Assembly (NCBI GenBank): GCA_012295275.1
Contig: CM022670.1
Location: forward strand, 15,872,001 to 15,936,000
Direction of reading: 5' to 3'
Length of the DNA stretch: 64,000 nucleotides
Source: Chrysomallon squamiferum
Lineage: Eukaryota; Animalia; Mollusca
The translations under genes and the position numbers were made by a program. Shown here piece by piece: positions 1-13,496 of this stretch (positions are counted from its first letter, which is position 1; the number at the start of each line of letters is the position of its first letter). The notes under the pieces were generated by a model that was given only the letters and a program-made list of their open reading frames with translations, was not told the origin of the DNA and did not search any database.

Positions 1-1501
1 ATATATGCATGAAAAGCATTTTAAAACTCTGTAACACCTTTGTGGTGCATCTTTAGTTTATTGAGTGTGCTCTGTGCAGTATTAAAGTTCTATCTGTGTT
101 ATGTTTCGACTTATCGTGTATATATTTAATTCAGTTAAATATACCTGCTGGTTACTTAATAATTGTATATCCCATGTAGGTAGTGATAAAATTATTGCCT
201 GTTGGCAGTTATGCTATAAATGATGACAATCTTCAACTTTTACTACTGATATTTTTAATAATACATTTTTGTAAAATATTAATTTAAAAAAATAATGATG
301 ATAATAATAATAATAAAATTGTTGTAATCAAGTGGCACATTGCCATTAATTTTTTAAAAGAAACTGATGACAGGCACTGCTTTGTATAAAACGTTATTCT
401 AAAATAACTTAAAACATATATATTAATTTAATGAAAGTAGTGTAATTGTTTTGCCTAGTAGATCATTTCATAAACATGTACTCCAAATCTGGAACGGGAG
501 ATGGCTGGAGTAACCCACATACTTTTTCCTGCAACCAGGGACTTGTTCGTGTTAAGTGACACTTGTTAAAAATAACAGCACTGTCATGCCACACTTAACA
601 AATAGCAGTTTTTTCTCTTCACAAACCTAATTATGTTTTTGACAACACAGGCTCGATGTCGCAGCCTGTTTTATGGCAGTATTCCATGTAGAACTGAGGA
701 AACAGAGACAATGTAAATGTAGTTATTTAAATAATGAATCATATCTGCAGTTTTAATGGTGTTCTTTTCTATAAACAGACACAATATGCTGTTTGTGTCA
801 GTGTTTTTTTAACTTACATCAAATGTCAGAAAATTTATTCTTGTTATATATAGTTGCTTTTCTTTTCTCAAGTTCTTGTTTGCAAAAGAATTAAATATTA
901 TAATTATCTTAGGTAAAATATTGTAGGTTATAAATAAATCTCTTTGAAATGTTTTTTAACTTATTGTTAAAGCATGTTAAATTATTTTAAGATTAATGAA
1001 GATAATTAAAATATAATTTTACTTTTGAAAATAAATGATGTAAAGTAATTTTGACCATAATGTCAAAAAAAATCAATAATTTTTCTGGAAGACAATTAAA
1101 CTACAACGTTTAAACTGTATAAATATTATAATTGTCTGTATTGCTAAAATAATTAAAATAAAATGTTAAAGACATTTGAAATTATATAATTTAAAAGAAT
1201 ATTTGTAGCAATATTAAAAATAATTTTAAATTAGATGCATCTTTTTTTAACAGTAATTTTAATTACTGTGATAACACATTTTAAAATTAAATAATTATCA
1301 GTGACAATAATTTAACTAAATCCATCAAACTGATAACTTTAAAACTGTTTTATTTACTAATGCTACAGTTAAAATGTCTACCACAGGTAAATTTTAACTA
1401 TAGTATGGTAAATAAAACATTTTTACTAGTATTGTGAAACACAGCAATTTTTATCTGTGATCATTACCACTAAAAAATGTTATTAACAAAGTTGTATCTT
1501 G

Positions 1502-1504
<3 letters not shown>

Positions 1505-1585
<81 letters not shown>
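1505..1585. repeat. (CT)n microsatellite, ~40 units
   Basis: Pure TC dinucleotide run; explains the spurious poly-RE ORF at 1451-1639. Confidence 0.98.
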
Positions 1586-1587
<2 letters not shown>

Positions 1588-1699
1588 ATCTGGAATCCTG
1601 AACTGCTGGGATTTTTGTTTCTGACGGAGTAATTGTCACTGGAAATCTATCAGATTATATAGCCCATTACACCTCCATTGAGGAAAGCAGAATACCACT

Positions 1700-1975
1700 T
1701 TCCTAACCCTCCACATGCCTAATGACGTGAACCGCTCGTTTCTTCACCTGGCTGTCAGAAAGTGTTTCGTTCCTCACCGGCCATCTCGCCCACCTATGTT
1801 CTCAGCGCCAGCTCTGATATGTTCATTTTATTTCCCATTTTATTTCCCTTCTCAGTATTCACGCGGAATGTCTAACTGCCGGGCATGAGACTGGAGCTAA
1901 TGCCGCAAGTTTTTCCAGATCGTACAGCGTAAAACATATGGCAGACTCTATCTAGGGAGGTCTCTGAGACGTTTT
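1700..1975. promoter_or_regulatory. CpG-retaining island containing a strong + strand 3' splice site (AG 1854-1855); candidate regulatory element or exon
   Basis: About a dozen CpGs in ~270 bp against a CpG-poor background. CTGAT at 1814-1818 is followed by ttcattttatttcccattttatttcccttctcAG. Confidence 0.35.
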
Positions 1976-3119
1976 TAGGTCTTTGTTAAATTATAGAGAA
2001 AACTGCTTTGTTGTTGTCAGAAAAAATTCATTTTCAATTTCAGATGTAACGTACTGATTTATTTGTTTGTGTATCCAAAACACGCATGTTATATTTTCAC
2101 TCGTACATCTATGTAGCTAAAACATGCAAGTAATAAAATTTTTTTAATACTTTATGATATATCAAAATTTAGTCAAAAAGCTTCATAACATGAATATATA
2201 GAAATAAAAACTGAACACAAACATACATATACATACAAATATGGATACATAGTCAAAAAGCAGGCACATACACACACATATATAATATATATAAAATAAA
2301 AAAGCATTAATTGATTTTATTTTTTTCAAAAAAAAAAGAAGCTATAAGTTTTCAAAGCTTTCCAAGTAGATAAATATTCAAATACAGTTATGCAGTATTA
2401 CAATATATATTTAAAATCAGTTGCCAGGAGAACAAAAAGTGAATGACAGACATTTATGAATAGAAACCTAAAGAGATCATTGATAATTGGTTTTATAGGT
2501 GACACAGGAAATGTTTTCTACATTTCCCACAACACCAATTTAGCATGTCCAAATAATATTCAATACACTGATTTTATATTTGTTTGACATTTAATTTAGC
2601 ACAGAGACTGCCTGTTTGTGATGTCACATCATGTTAGTATTTATCCACACTAATGTATGTGCCTTTGTGTGGCTTATATTAACACACATAAATTCATACA
2701 GTGGGATGAAAAGGGTAGATGCATATATAAAACAAAGGAAATGTTTTGTTATCAGAAATAAAAAAACAAAACAAAAACCACATTATTTTCTTGTTTGATG
2801 CAGTTTCCTGTAGAAACTGGAGGAAATTAAGAAGCTGCATTGAGGCAGGATACAGCATCTGCTGTTGGTATCTCTCTCCCTGCTAACTGACAGCACCTCT
2901 GTATGCCAGAAGTCTTTAATGTCAAGATTCTCTGATAGTGCTAAGAGACAACAGTAAAACGGATGAAACTGTGAAGAAATGAACCTATTTGTTTATGGTG
3001 GTGTTTTACATTTAAGATAAGAAAACAAGCCTAATTTATGTTTGCAGAGGTTAAAAACCTGTCCATTAATATACATTTTGCTCAATTGTTTGAAAGAAAA
3101 AACACTTCTGTTGTAATCT

Positions 3120-3420
3120 ATTTCATCAGTCTGTCTACAGTTACTCTGTCTGTCTGTCTGTTGTCTGCAATCACTCTCTCTCCGTCTCTTACACTGTCTG
3201 TCAGTCTGTTATCAATCTATCTGTATGTCAGTCTGTCTGCTATTTATCCATCCTTTCATTTGTCTCTCTTTTACCTACCAACTTGCCAGTTTGTCAGCCA
3301 TAACATCTATATACAACCATACATGCACACATAGTGTTATATGTGTTTGGTCATACATAAACCAATCCATCTGTAGATTAATCAGTAAAACCCATGTGTC
3401 CATTATTCATTTTCCAGACC
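3120..3420. repeat. Degenerate (CTGT/CTAT/CCAT)n low-complexity tract
   Basis: Repeating tctg, tcta and tcca tetramers; source of the Ser/Leu-rich spurious ORFs at 3038-3533. Confidence 0.75.
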
Positions 3421-6170
3421 CTAAACATTTCTTTTTTTTTCAATCCATCATTATATCTTACATATTTTTAATTCATGATGTTGTTTTTTTTATTATTAAT
3501 TCATTCCGTCTCTTGTTCTACCATCCATTTTAAATGTTTTTGTTTTGGTGTCCATCCTTATTTTATTTTCCTAATATCAATAATTGTTCTCTCTGTTCTA
3601 CAATATGTCTTTTTTTTTTTTCTTCTACTGTCCTTTTTTTTTTTTTTCCTTTTTGTTCAATCATCCATCTTCTTTCGTTTTCATTCATTCTTGTTTAACC
3701 GCACCATTAGCTGAAGAAGACTCCAGCCTTTCCCTACACCAGTGTATAATTACCAGTGTTTTAAGTTAGGAACTGTTGTGTAACTATTACCCGTCTGTTA
3801 TAAGACAGCTGATATGCATTAACTTCGGCATAAGTTGTGTGGTGTATTTCAACTCGCTGAACTGAGCTTATAATGATGAGTTAGGCAATCAAGAGATTTA
3901 TAGTGATAATCCCGGATTGGGTTATTTTGTTTGAAATATGCAGCTGACATGATACAAGTGATATGGAAAATGAGTATGTCTGACCTTTGTTTTGGTTTGT
4001 TGTCAATCTGAACTAAGTAACTCTGGTGTGAGACCAGTTAATACAATTACAGATAACTGCATTGAATGTTAAAGGGGAAGGGAAGGGCAAATATTTCATG
4101 TTATGGATACATGTACAGCAAAACTGTTAGGAGATTCCCAGTGTAAAGTAAAGTGCAGGTAACAATTATTTGAATAAATATATATCAACATTCTAAAAAA
4201 AAATAATATCTGCATGTTCTTTGAATAAGATAAAACAAAGAATTAATGTCAAATAAACAAGTACTATTTAAATTGAAAAGTTGGCAAACTGACAGTATCA
4301 GAAAAATTAAGATATTGTTGGCTGTTTTAATTTATTTTTTTAATATTACTTTTGTAATAAAACCCTAAACATGTAAATTGAATATTCTAAGAAATCTTTT
4401 AATTTTCTTTTTTTTTTCTTAAAAAAAGAGTTGAAAAGTTAAAAAAAGAAAAGAGAAGAGAAACAAAATAGCAAGACAGATTAGAAAAACCCAACTGCTT
4501 TTAAATATTCGAGAAAGAAAAGAAATTGTTTATATTTTTTTATAATCTATATTCCCAACACTAGTTTTTGATTTTTTACAATGTTGATATATATATACCA
4601 TGATATTAAAGCCAAAACAAGTAATAAAATATTTACTATATTGTTATCATAGAAACTTTAGCAATTCTCTCTGTCTTTTTTTCATCTTCAGACAGAATAT
4701 AGAATTTCAACTGACATTTACCAAAAAAATTATAATTTGGATATACAAGAAAACTACTGTTTTAGTTTAAGAAGCATATTTTAAAAAAAAAAAAAAAAAA
4801 AAATATATTATTATTTTTATTGTTTTGGTATTATTTTAAAAGAAAACTATTATCATATATATATATATATATATATTTATACATTATTTTATTTATTTAT
4901 TTATTTATTTATTTTTTTATTATTATTATTATTATTTTTAAATTTTATTATATTTAAATTTTCTTTATCAGTTTAATTTATTTTTTATATTTTTTATATT
5001 TTTAATTTTTTTTTCTGAAATTTAAATTATTTGGCATGTTGATTGACTGGTAATGGATACATATCTACTGATGGGTGTAAAGCATTTAAACTCTTCTAAT
5101 AATATACAGTGCACCGGTCTAACCTGAATGGAGTATAATTATCTGTAATCATGCATGTGAACTCTAAGACTGACTGGAATGGCAGGAGGAGGGGTGGGGA
5201 AGTGAAACATATCCTTTGGGATTAGACTAATATTTTCCAGGCAATGTGCATCATGAGTTTTTGATCAGCTGATGGATAAATGACAGGTTCAGTAGGTTTT
5301 ATACCCTTTTTATACCACATCCAGCAATATTTAATTTTACTCTTGTACTTGCTTATGTGCTGTTGTTTTTGCTACAGCTTTTGAGTATTTTATTATTATT
5401 ATTATTATTTATTACTATTATGATTATTATTATGATTATTATTACTATATTATTATTATTAATGTTGTTGTTGTTGTTATTGTTTTTATTATCAGTTTTT
5501 AAATGTATATGATTATATATACATAGAGAACCATCTGTTTACTGACTTCATTCAAAATGAAAAAAAAATGTGTTAATGTGTGTGTGTGTGTGTGGGTGTG
5601 ATTTATTATTTACAATTTTGCTGAAAATGTAAGAAATCTTCAAATGACCAAATGAAGCTTACAGTGCCTGCCTGTGAATAATAATGTTGTCATAAATACT
5701 TGATACAGATAGGAAGAGAACATGCATTTGCATATTTTAGACAGCAGAACACTTTCAGCATCATGATTATGCTAATTTAAACAATGACTGGATGCATATA
5801 ATGAGAGAGGATGTAATGTTAACTTTTTAACACTGTTGTTTTTGCTCTGTGTTTATTATAATTTAAAAAAAAAATGTTATATTAATTAATTTATTTGCTA
5901 TACTTTTACAGTGTTGTGTTAATAGGTTTTATTTAAAATTAAATGTACTTTTTTATCATCATAGCAGGTAGAATACGGTTTGATCCTGCATATGGTTGCA
6001 CAACTGATAAAAATATTTGCTGTGAACAATAAATAAATCATATATAAATATATATATATATATATATAGATTTTGAAATCCTGGCTTGTTTCTTTTTTTC
6101 ACTTGTAACAAAATTTTTTTTTTAAATTTTTGTAAAATGTAGGGCATTCTTTATTGTTGAAGTAATAACA

Positions 6171-6171
6171 T

Positions 6172-6222
<51 letters not shown>

Positions 6223-6223
6223 T
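6171..6223. repeat. (TTTA)n microsatellite
   Basis: Pure tetranucleotide run. Confidence 0.95.
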
Positions 6224-6260
6224 CCTGCTGCTCTTTGTCTAAGTTGAAAATTGTGTTATC

Positions 6261-6337
6261 TGCATGTTCTATAGAGGCAAAATCTACTGTAAAATAAACC
6301 TACATGTTGTGTAGAAGCAAAATCTACTGTAAAGTAA
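6261..6337. repeat. 40-bp tandem duplication, 2 copies
   Basis: catgtt...tagaRgcaaaatctactgtaaa starts near 6261 and again near 6301. Confidence 0.85.
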
Positions 6338-8320
6338 TGAATAATTAAAAAATAAATGGCAAACAGAGTTTGGTGTTATCAGAGTTTTCTAGACAGGAAA
6401 GCTCAGTTTGTGAGTTCAGACATGTTTTGAGAGTATCAGAGGGTCAGCCCCTTAACACAGGACATGCTAACTTCACTTTGTCTTGACACAAGGCCAGTGG
6501 TCAAGGGTTATCATGCTGGTCAGTTGAACATGTTGGAAGTGGACAAATTGACAGCTATTGCTTGTAATTGGTCTTTTTATAGACCAGCTGAAGAGATTTG
6601 ACATATTTTCATTATGAAATTTTAATGGCACATTAATGTTACATGAATAACATGGCATTTGATGGTGACATTCAGTCCATCTGGAGATTTCAGATTTGTA
6701 AATGTCACCATGTTTCTGAAAGACGTCTTCCATTGCTTTCTGCTGTGATTTTATCAGTGTGTGAACCTATCATGCTATTTCCTTATTTTTAAAATTATCT
6801 TTCAACAAAAAATCTTTTGTATGTTTTTAATGCGCAAGAAATGTAATAAAATTCCTTTGTTCAGAATAAGAAATATATTTATGATTTTGGGATTCAGTTG
6901 AATATCCTAAGACAGTAACGAATAGATTTAGCTCTGTAGCTCTCTGTTCATTTTTCTTAGAAGTGTGTTTTCCTTTTCAGTCAGATCTGTGTAATCATTA
7001 TTCGTAAACAGGTAAAAAAAATAAAAAATCTCGATGCTATAAAATAAGTTTGTATGAGCAGAAGGTACATTTTTTTTAATGTGTTGCTTACAATCAAATA
7101 CTTGTTTCTCTTATATATAGGAAACAATTTTCTTAGCTCATTTCAACCTGCAACAAACAAATTAAATAAATCTGTCTATATGTGTAACGTTTTAAAGATG
7201 ATGAAGCATACATATCATACATGTAACAATGACTGAGTTTTCTTGCAGAATGCTTGAAACTTCCAGAGCATTTTCTCTCGTATAATAACATTCAGTAATA
7301 AAATGTTTGTCCTTGACTTTGAGCCAACAGCCATTAGGCATGGTATGCAGAAGCCAGCGTGTTTTGCATTCACATCAAAGTGTGTGTTATGACCGGCCAT
7401 TAATAGCAACACTACACTCTTTTCTGTTTACTAATGAAGCATGATTTGAGGCTGTCTTCCTGACAAACTGGGCCCTGTCCATGTCCTGCAGATAACCTCA
7501 CACCTGCAGAGAGGAACAAAACATACCTGGATACCTGCATCTACCTAAGGGATGAAGACCAGGTCAAACCCACCTCACTGGAGTGGATAACATATTGCAG
7601 CAGCGTTTTTCAATAGGTTTTTTTTTTATGTCTGTCAGCAAGACTATTATTGTTGTTGTTAACTCAGTGTGTGCATTTGAAACAGTATGTTAGTGAAAAT
7701 GTTAATTAAGAAAGAAATATTTTGAATTCTTAGTAGAACTGAAATTAGTATTGGAAATATCTCAAAATACCCATGATGCTGATTTCACATTAGAATTAAG
7801 AATTTTATGAAATATTCCTAAATCTACTAATCATTTCTATTACAGTTATTAAAAATACTTAATAACATGTTCTGTCTTGTAAAATAAAAAAAAAAATGAA
7901 TTCCATCAAACCCATCATGTTGTATTTTAAGATTCTCTGCTTCATTTATCTTATGGATAGAATAACCTTTAAGTGATAGAAATGTGACCTTGGACAATGT
8001 GCGTAAGATTATTATACAATATTTAATATGGTGGTCGGTGAGGAATCTAATAGGAGGTTAGAGATTGATCGACTGCTAGGGGTGACAACTGTCAGGGTGA
8101 GTTAGGCTGATGTCCACATTCCTGCCAGATACAAGTTACATCACTGCTAATCCACAGCAGATTATCATCAAACAGTGGTGATAGTGAGCCAGATAGAGCT
8201 CGTGGCTTTCTTTACATGTGATACTGGATCAGTCTTTCAAGGAGAGGCTCAGTATATCCCATTATAGACAAAACTTTGTCTTGTTTGTTTTTTTAAACAC
8301 CATAGTTTGCTTTATCTATT

Positions 8321-8352
8321 CTCTTCCTTTCTCTCTTTCTCTCTTGTTCTCA

Positions 8353-8391
<39 letters not shown>

Positions 8392-8396
8392 CTCTT

Positions 8397-8448
<52 letters not shown>
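8321..8448. repeat. Interrupted (CT)n microsatellite
   Basis: Direct inspection. Confidence 0.95.
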
Positions 8449-8979
8449 ACTGTTACTGGAAACAGCATTTAATGGCAGCAATGGGTCCATTCTTTTACTT
8501 AACAATGACAATAATTATTTTAAACACAAATTTCTTCATTCAGTTAATCTAGGAGACAATCAGTGGATATTGTTGATTTCAAACATATCTATGATGAAAA
8601 GTATCAAATTTAAAAAATCAAAAAGATGACACATAACATCATTTTATAAACATGAAAAACCAGCAATACACTTTACCAGTGATACTGATTAACACATTAA
8701 CCACAGATATGATAATTTAAACTGGTTCATGAAATCATTGTTACTGCTGCTGGCTGGATACTAACAGAAAGTGTAGTTATGTCTTTGAACCTGCAGATTA
8801 TTCCAGTCTTATGCAATATAGCAATTAAGTGATAATTTCTCCATCAGACCCATTAACAGTTGAGGAAATTCTTAAACAGCTTCCCTGGTAGTTTATCTCC
8901 CTTGATGCAGAGGTGCTTCTGTTGTCTGTCAGTCAGTCTGACATCTTTGTTTTGTCTTCACTTTGCACTGTTGGTCTAG

Positions 8980-9010
8980 CCATTATGTCATACTGTGCAG
9001 GAGACTAAAG
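8980..9010 (+). other. Candidate 31-nt cassette exon
   Basis: Branch-like CTGAC at 8938-8942, then an AG-free pyrimidine-rich stretch to TAG (AG 8978-8979), and a consensus donor AAG|GTAAGT at 9011. Two frames are open (PLCHTVQETK or HYVILCRRLK). Confidence 0.4.
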
Positions 9011-12000
9011 GTAAGTTTCAGGGATTACAGGAGAACTGATAATTATCAGAGAATTGTAGTTGTAACATGACAGAAATGGTTATCTGGAAAGTATTATTTT
9101 AACAGATAAACATGTCACAGTTGTACAGTTTATTTGGAATATTTACAAGCAATAAAGTTTTTATTTTATTATTATTATTATTTTTTTTTTTTTATGTTGT
9201 TGCATCTTCATATTTCATCATCTATTGAGATGATTTTAAAATGAAATTCAGATTAACTGCAGTTTTCTAGATAAAAGCCTCTACAAGAAGTGAAGAACAA
9301 GACCTATTTTAAACTGTTTAAGTCTTGTTTTAGCTATGCAGTGTTTCGGTGATGATGAATGGCATCGTACTGTCTCATTTCAGTTTAAATACTTTGCTGT
9401 AGTAAATTCCCCATTTCATGACTTCAGTTTCTTTTCATCTCTTCCACTTTGAACATCTTATTTCCTAATTGCATTAGTCTGGAACTGTCATTTTTCAAAA
9501 ATGATGAAGTTACAAAATTAGTTTGGAAAGAAAATTGTCTCCTTGGCAAAAGCTGATGGAGTTACAAGATTTCCATTACCTAAACCAAGACTGAAGACAT
9601 GTGGTCTACCACCTGGCCCAGCAGATGGGAACACCCACTACTTGTCCATTAGCCTCAAAGTGCTGTGATATCTATCTTCTGTAGACCAGCAGCTCAGAGA
9701 CAAACATGAAGAAGAAAGACTCTTAAAGAGGCAGACATGTTTGATGATTGCAGTTTTAAAAGTTTGCTATAAATTGGAGAACACATAAACACAGGGTTAC
9801 TCCAGCCTTTTCCAATTACAATCAACAGTGGCCAGTGGTACTTGCTTATTATCTCTGTTTTCTGGTGAATTAGGAAATGTATAAACAACATAGGCCATCA
9901 GCAGTAAAACTAACAAATGTTTTGATTGGCTGAATTTGTGGCTATTAACTGGCAACCGTCACTGGAGATTAAGTTGCACATGGTTCTGAAAAATTTGGTA
10001 ACATAATTCTGGTCTTTTTATCTTCTGTTTCCTAGATAGCAACATTGAAATATTTTGAAAATTTAAATAACATCAAATAAACTGTTTTGTCCATTTTATA
10101 ACCTCTGAAATTTGGTGCCAAAGAAATTTCCATTTGACAGTAATGGTAAGACCAACATTTAAAAAAAAAAAAAAATATTTTATTATTTAAAAAAAACAAA
10201 CACCTTTTGCTTACAAGTTAATGAAGCAATTATTCTGTACAAAATGATATGGATGGTACACAGATATTTACTGTGGTATCTGAAATATCATAACTGATTA
10301 GTTGTTTGACTCTGTCAATTATTTTCCCATTAATTCAGCACACCTCAGCTAACACAATTACAGGTATTTTGTGAAGTAACAGTGTAGAAGTGTGTTCCGC
10401 CATTTGGCTACAGTTAGCAGCACATTCCTAGGGCAGCTTGTTTGTGTATTTAATACGTGTGTGTGGTTGTGGCTTTTCCTCACAAAATACAGCTTCCATA
10501 GATTACTAACTTCCACAGTTTCTTTTTGTTACAGTCACTGAATATGAAGATTAGTGATAAATCTGTTAAGAATGTGAAATAAATTATTACTGAATATTGA
10601 TTTTTATTTATTTCATTTATTGGTTCATGATTTAATTTGATTACCAGTGAAACATACTTTGATCTATGCACATTTGATCCATCCAGCCATCAAATCTTCA
10701 TTCAGTTATTTAGTTATCGTTTTGTACTAGCGAGGAGTGGCGATTGGTTTTATCTGAATAGCAGATCACTTTCTGAAGGACTTGCAGTTGAGCAGTTTGA
10801 CAAAGGGGAGTTGTATAATTTGTGTAATGCTGTAAAATAACTCTTGTTTCTAACTAGTAGTCGTAACATACACACTGACACTAGTGGGTTTCTTCATTGC
10901 AGCAGGTGAAAAAAAAAAAAAAAAAAAAATCATCATATATCAGACAACTACTGTATAAATATTCCTTCAGCAAACTGAACTGAATTTATATACTCTTACT
11001 TGAGGTTTTTTTTTTTTTTTTTTTTTAAAAGAAAGTTAAATTCAACTTGTAAAAATCTATGGTGACAGATTGTCAAGTTGTGTTACTATGTATGCAGTGA
11101 GCAAGTGTTTGTTTCCATCCAGTTCTGAAAGAAAACAGGTGCTCCTGTCAAATACACCTTGATTCTCTTTGTGATTTATTAATTCCCAGAAATACAGATT
11201 TCTATCGGCATCTTTGTTCTGCAGTAGAACGTTCAGTGGTGTTGGAGATAGGTAGCACAGCTAAAATTAATTTTCACTTTGAAAGTGATAAGAAACAAAT
11301 TGTGACAGGAAGGAAATTGAAAACTTCTGTTACTGGAGTTGAGTTTATTGCAGTGTACATAGCCTCTAATCTTCCAGCCATGTGTGAAAAATCAAGAACA
11401 ATTTGCACTAACTGCACATGTTTCACTTCAACCATGAATGAAGAGTCTAAAAATAGCTGAATAATTGAAATCATTGAGAACAAATTAAAACAAAGCAATA
11501 CAAGTGTATTTCTTATACCCCAAGCCAGTCAGAATTCAGGCCAAGCAAAAACATTTATTGTTTTTACAACATTCAAATACAAAATTGAATTTGTTGTCTG
11601 TTTAATTTACTAGCTTACATCTACAAATATTACAAACAGAACACAAAACATTGCAAATGGAATTCTTTTAATGCTATAATTTTCAGAACTGCCTGCCCAG
11701 ATAAATAATTTCATTACAACAAAGTGGTTTGATAAATTTGATGTATGTTCTGGTTAAAACAAGAGAACAGCCAGACTTGGACCAGGTGTTGGCATGACCC
11801 CATATCTGTCCAGCTGTCTGCTGGTCGGGCATCAGTGACCACATGACAGGACATAAACTGCTGAATCACTTAAAAAGTTAAAATAAAAATGTTACCTCTA
11901 CAGAAATAACATTATTAACTGAAATAGCCTTTTTTTTTTTTAACCAGTCATTAACAATTGTGTGTAGATTATTCCAGGTTCTTTGACCATCAAAATTCCT

Positions 12001-13025
12001 CTGATTTATTTACAAAATCTAAGAAATTTTTTAAAAAACTGGAAATAATATATTATAAATTATTTCTAAAGAAGGACTTTTTAATTTTTTTATATAAGGA
12101 CAGGTTCTTATATGATTTTCAATTAACATCTTCTATTATTATTATTATTATTATTTCTTTTCCTTTTCTATTTTTTTTTTTTTTTCTTCTCACCTTCCAA
12201 CAAGCTATTTTTTGTGTGTGCTAGGTATTTTTTTCTTTCCTGGATGACTGGGTAACATGTTCAGATGCAGTGGTTGGAGAGAACTCAGCAGGGTGTCATT
12301 GCTGTGTCCACAGCTTGGCTATTTCTGCTGTTTGTGGACAAAACACAGCAGGGAGGACGAATTAGGCCAGCAACTTGTTTTATTTATGGGAGAAGACAGG
12401 ACTTGAATAGCAGAGGCAAGCTGATTGTATTCTGTTTATCTTACCCCTGGGGTACTGTCTGAAAAGCCTTGTAATACTGGTCAGTTATTTTATTTATGTT
12501 TATGGGAATCCCATAAATAAAGGAGTAGAAGATAAGATAAGGATGTATTTATTGCGGTGAGTGTGTGGGAGACACACTTTGGACAAGTAATACACGAGGA
12601 ATTTGGTGATGTTGATTGTAACAACCTGTTTGTCTGAAATAACACACTGACATGCTGGTCATGGCAGCTGTTATTAAAATGTCCATAAATAACTTGTCTT
12701 AATGATGTGTGTTCCTTGTGAAATGTCACAAACGACACATAAAGCACTCTGTTAAAAGTAGGGTGGGATTATTATTTCAAAAATCTTTCCTGTTCATAAA
12801 GTCAAATTTTATTCGTTTGTTATTTTAATCGTTCATTCTCCTTCCAGTTTGTTTCGTAACACTGAACTTCTCTAGTGATTAGACTAATTCTTCTGATATC
12901 AGTTCTGAGATGTATTTATTCTATGTCATCAATTAAATTAACATCAGTCTCTCCATCCACCCTCTAAATGTGTCCATCTACATACCTGCATATCCAATAG
13001 TTATTTATATTTTTCTTTGTGAACT

Positions 13026-13267
13026 CATTGATCTATTTCATGTTCCAGCCAGTGCTCTATAACTACAGCAAATGCCATGGTATGTGCTGTTCTGGCTGTG
13101 GGATGGCACATATAAAAAATTCTGAACAACTAGTTGGAACAGAGTGGTCCATCAATTGGTAGCAGCAGATTTTTTCTCATATTCGATGAATAAACCTTAA
13201 ACCATATGATGACAACCTTAGTAAAATTCTAAATTAAAACATTTTAAATAAAACATTTTCTACTTCC
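13026..13267 (+). mobile_element. Decayed, 5'-truncated SINE with a Meta/MESC-like central domain
   Basis: ttccagccagtgc...gccatggtatgtgctgttctggctgtgggatggcacatataaaa...accatatg...aaataaaacatttt is collinear with my recollection of the gastropod MetaSINE consensus (ggccgtggtatgtgctatcctgtctgtgggatggtgcatataaaagatccc...aaataaaacatttcc). No tRNA-derived head is visible. Recalled, not aligned. Confidence 0.6.
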
Positions 13268-13437
13268 ATTTATTCATAAAAAAAACTATGAACAGCCTTC
13301 CTTTCCTACATCAATTCATCCATTTGTCCATCTATCCATCCCACACCCCAGTCTATCCTCATTTCACCCATATCATGTATTAATCTATTAATTTATACAT
13401 TCATTATCCATTGATGTTAAAACTTCAATGTTCCCAG

Positions 13438-13496
13438 ATATCAGAACATGATATCTCAAAGTACACGAGATGTGTAAGCCACCTAGTGGCCATGGG
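13438..13496 (+). other. Candidate 59-nt exon (ISEHDISKYTRCVSHLVAMG)
   Basis: About 85 nt free of AG, ending in ttcccAG (13436-13437); donor GG|GTGAGT at 13497; only one frame is open. Confidence 0.28.

Noticed and set aside
5180-5200. G-rich stretch as a possible G-quadruplex
   Set aside because: Only two runs of three or more G.
6473-6733. 86-aa minus-strand ORF with protein-like composition
   Set aside because: No recognisable motif or splice context; this length is expected by chance in a GC-balanced island.
9030-9042. 13-nt match to the middle of miR-184 (GGAGAACTGATAA)
   Set aside because: Seed is absent and there is no hairpin.
11225-11460. ORF VVLEIGSTAKINF... faintly like the start of an Ig domain, after a CAGTAG acceptor
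   Set aside because: Lacks the conserved Ig Cys and Trp and has no convincing donor.
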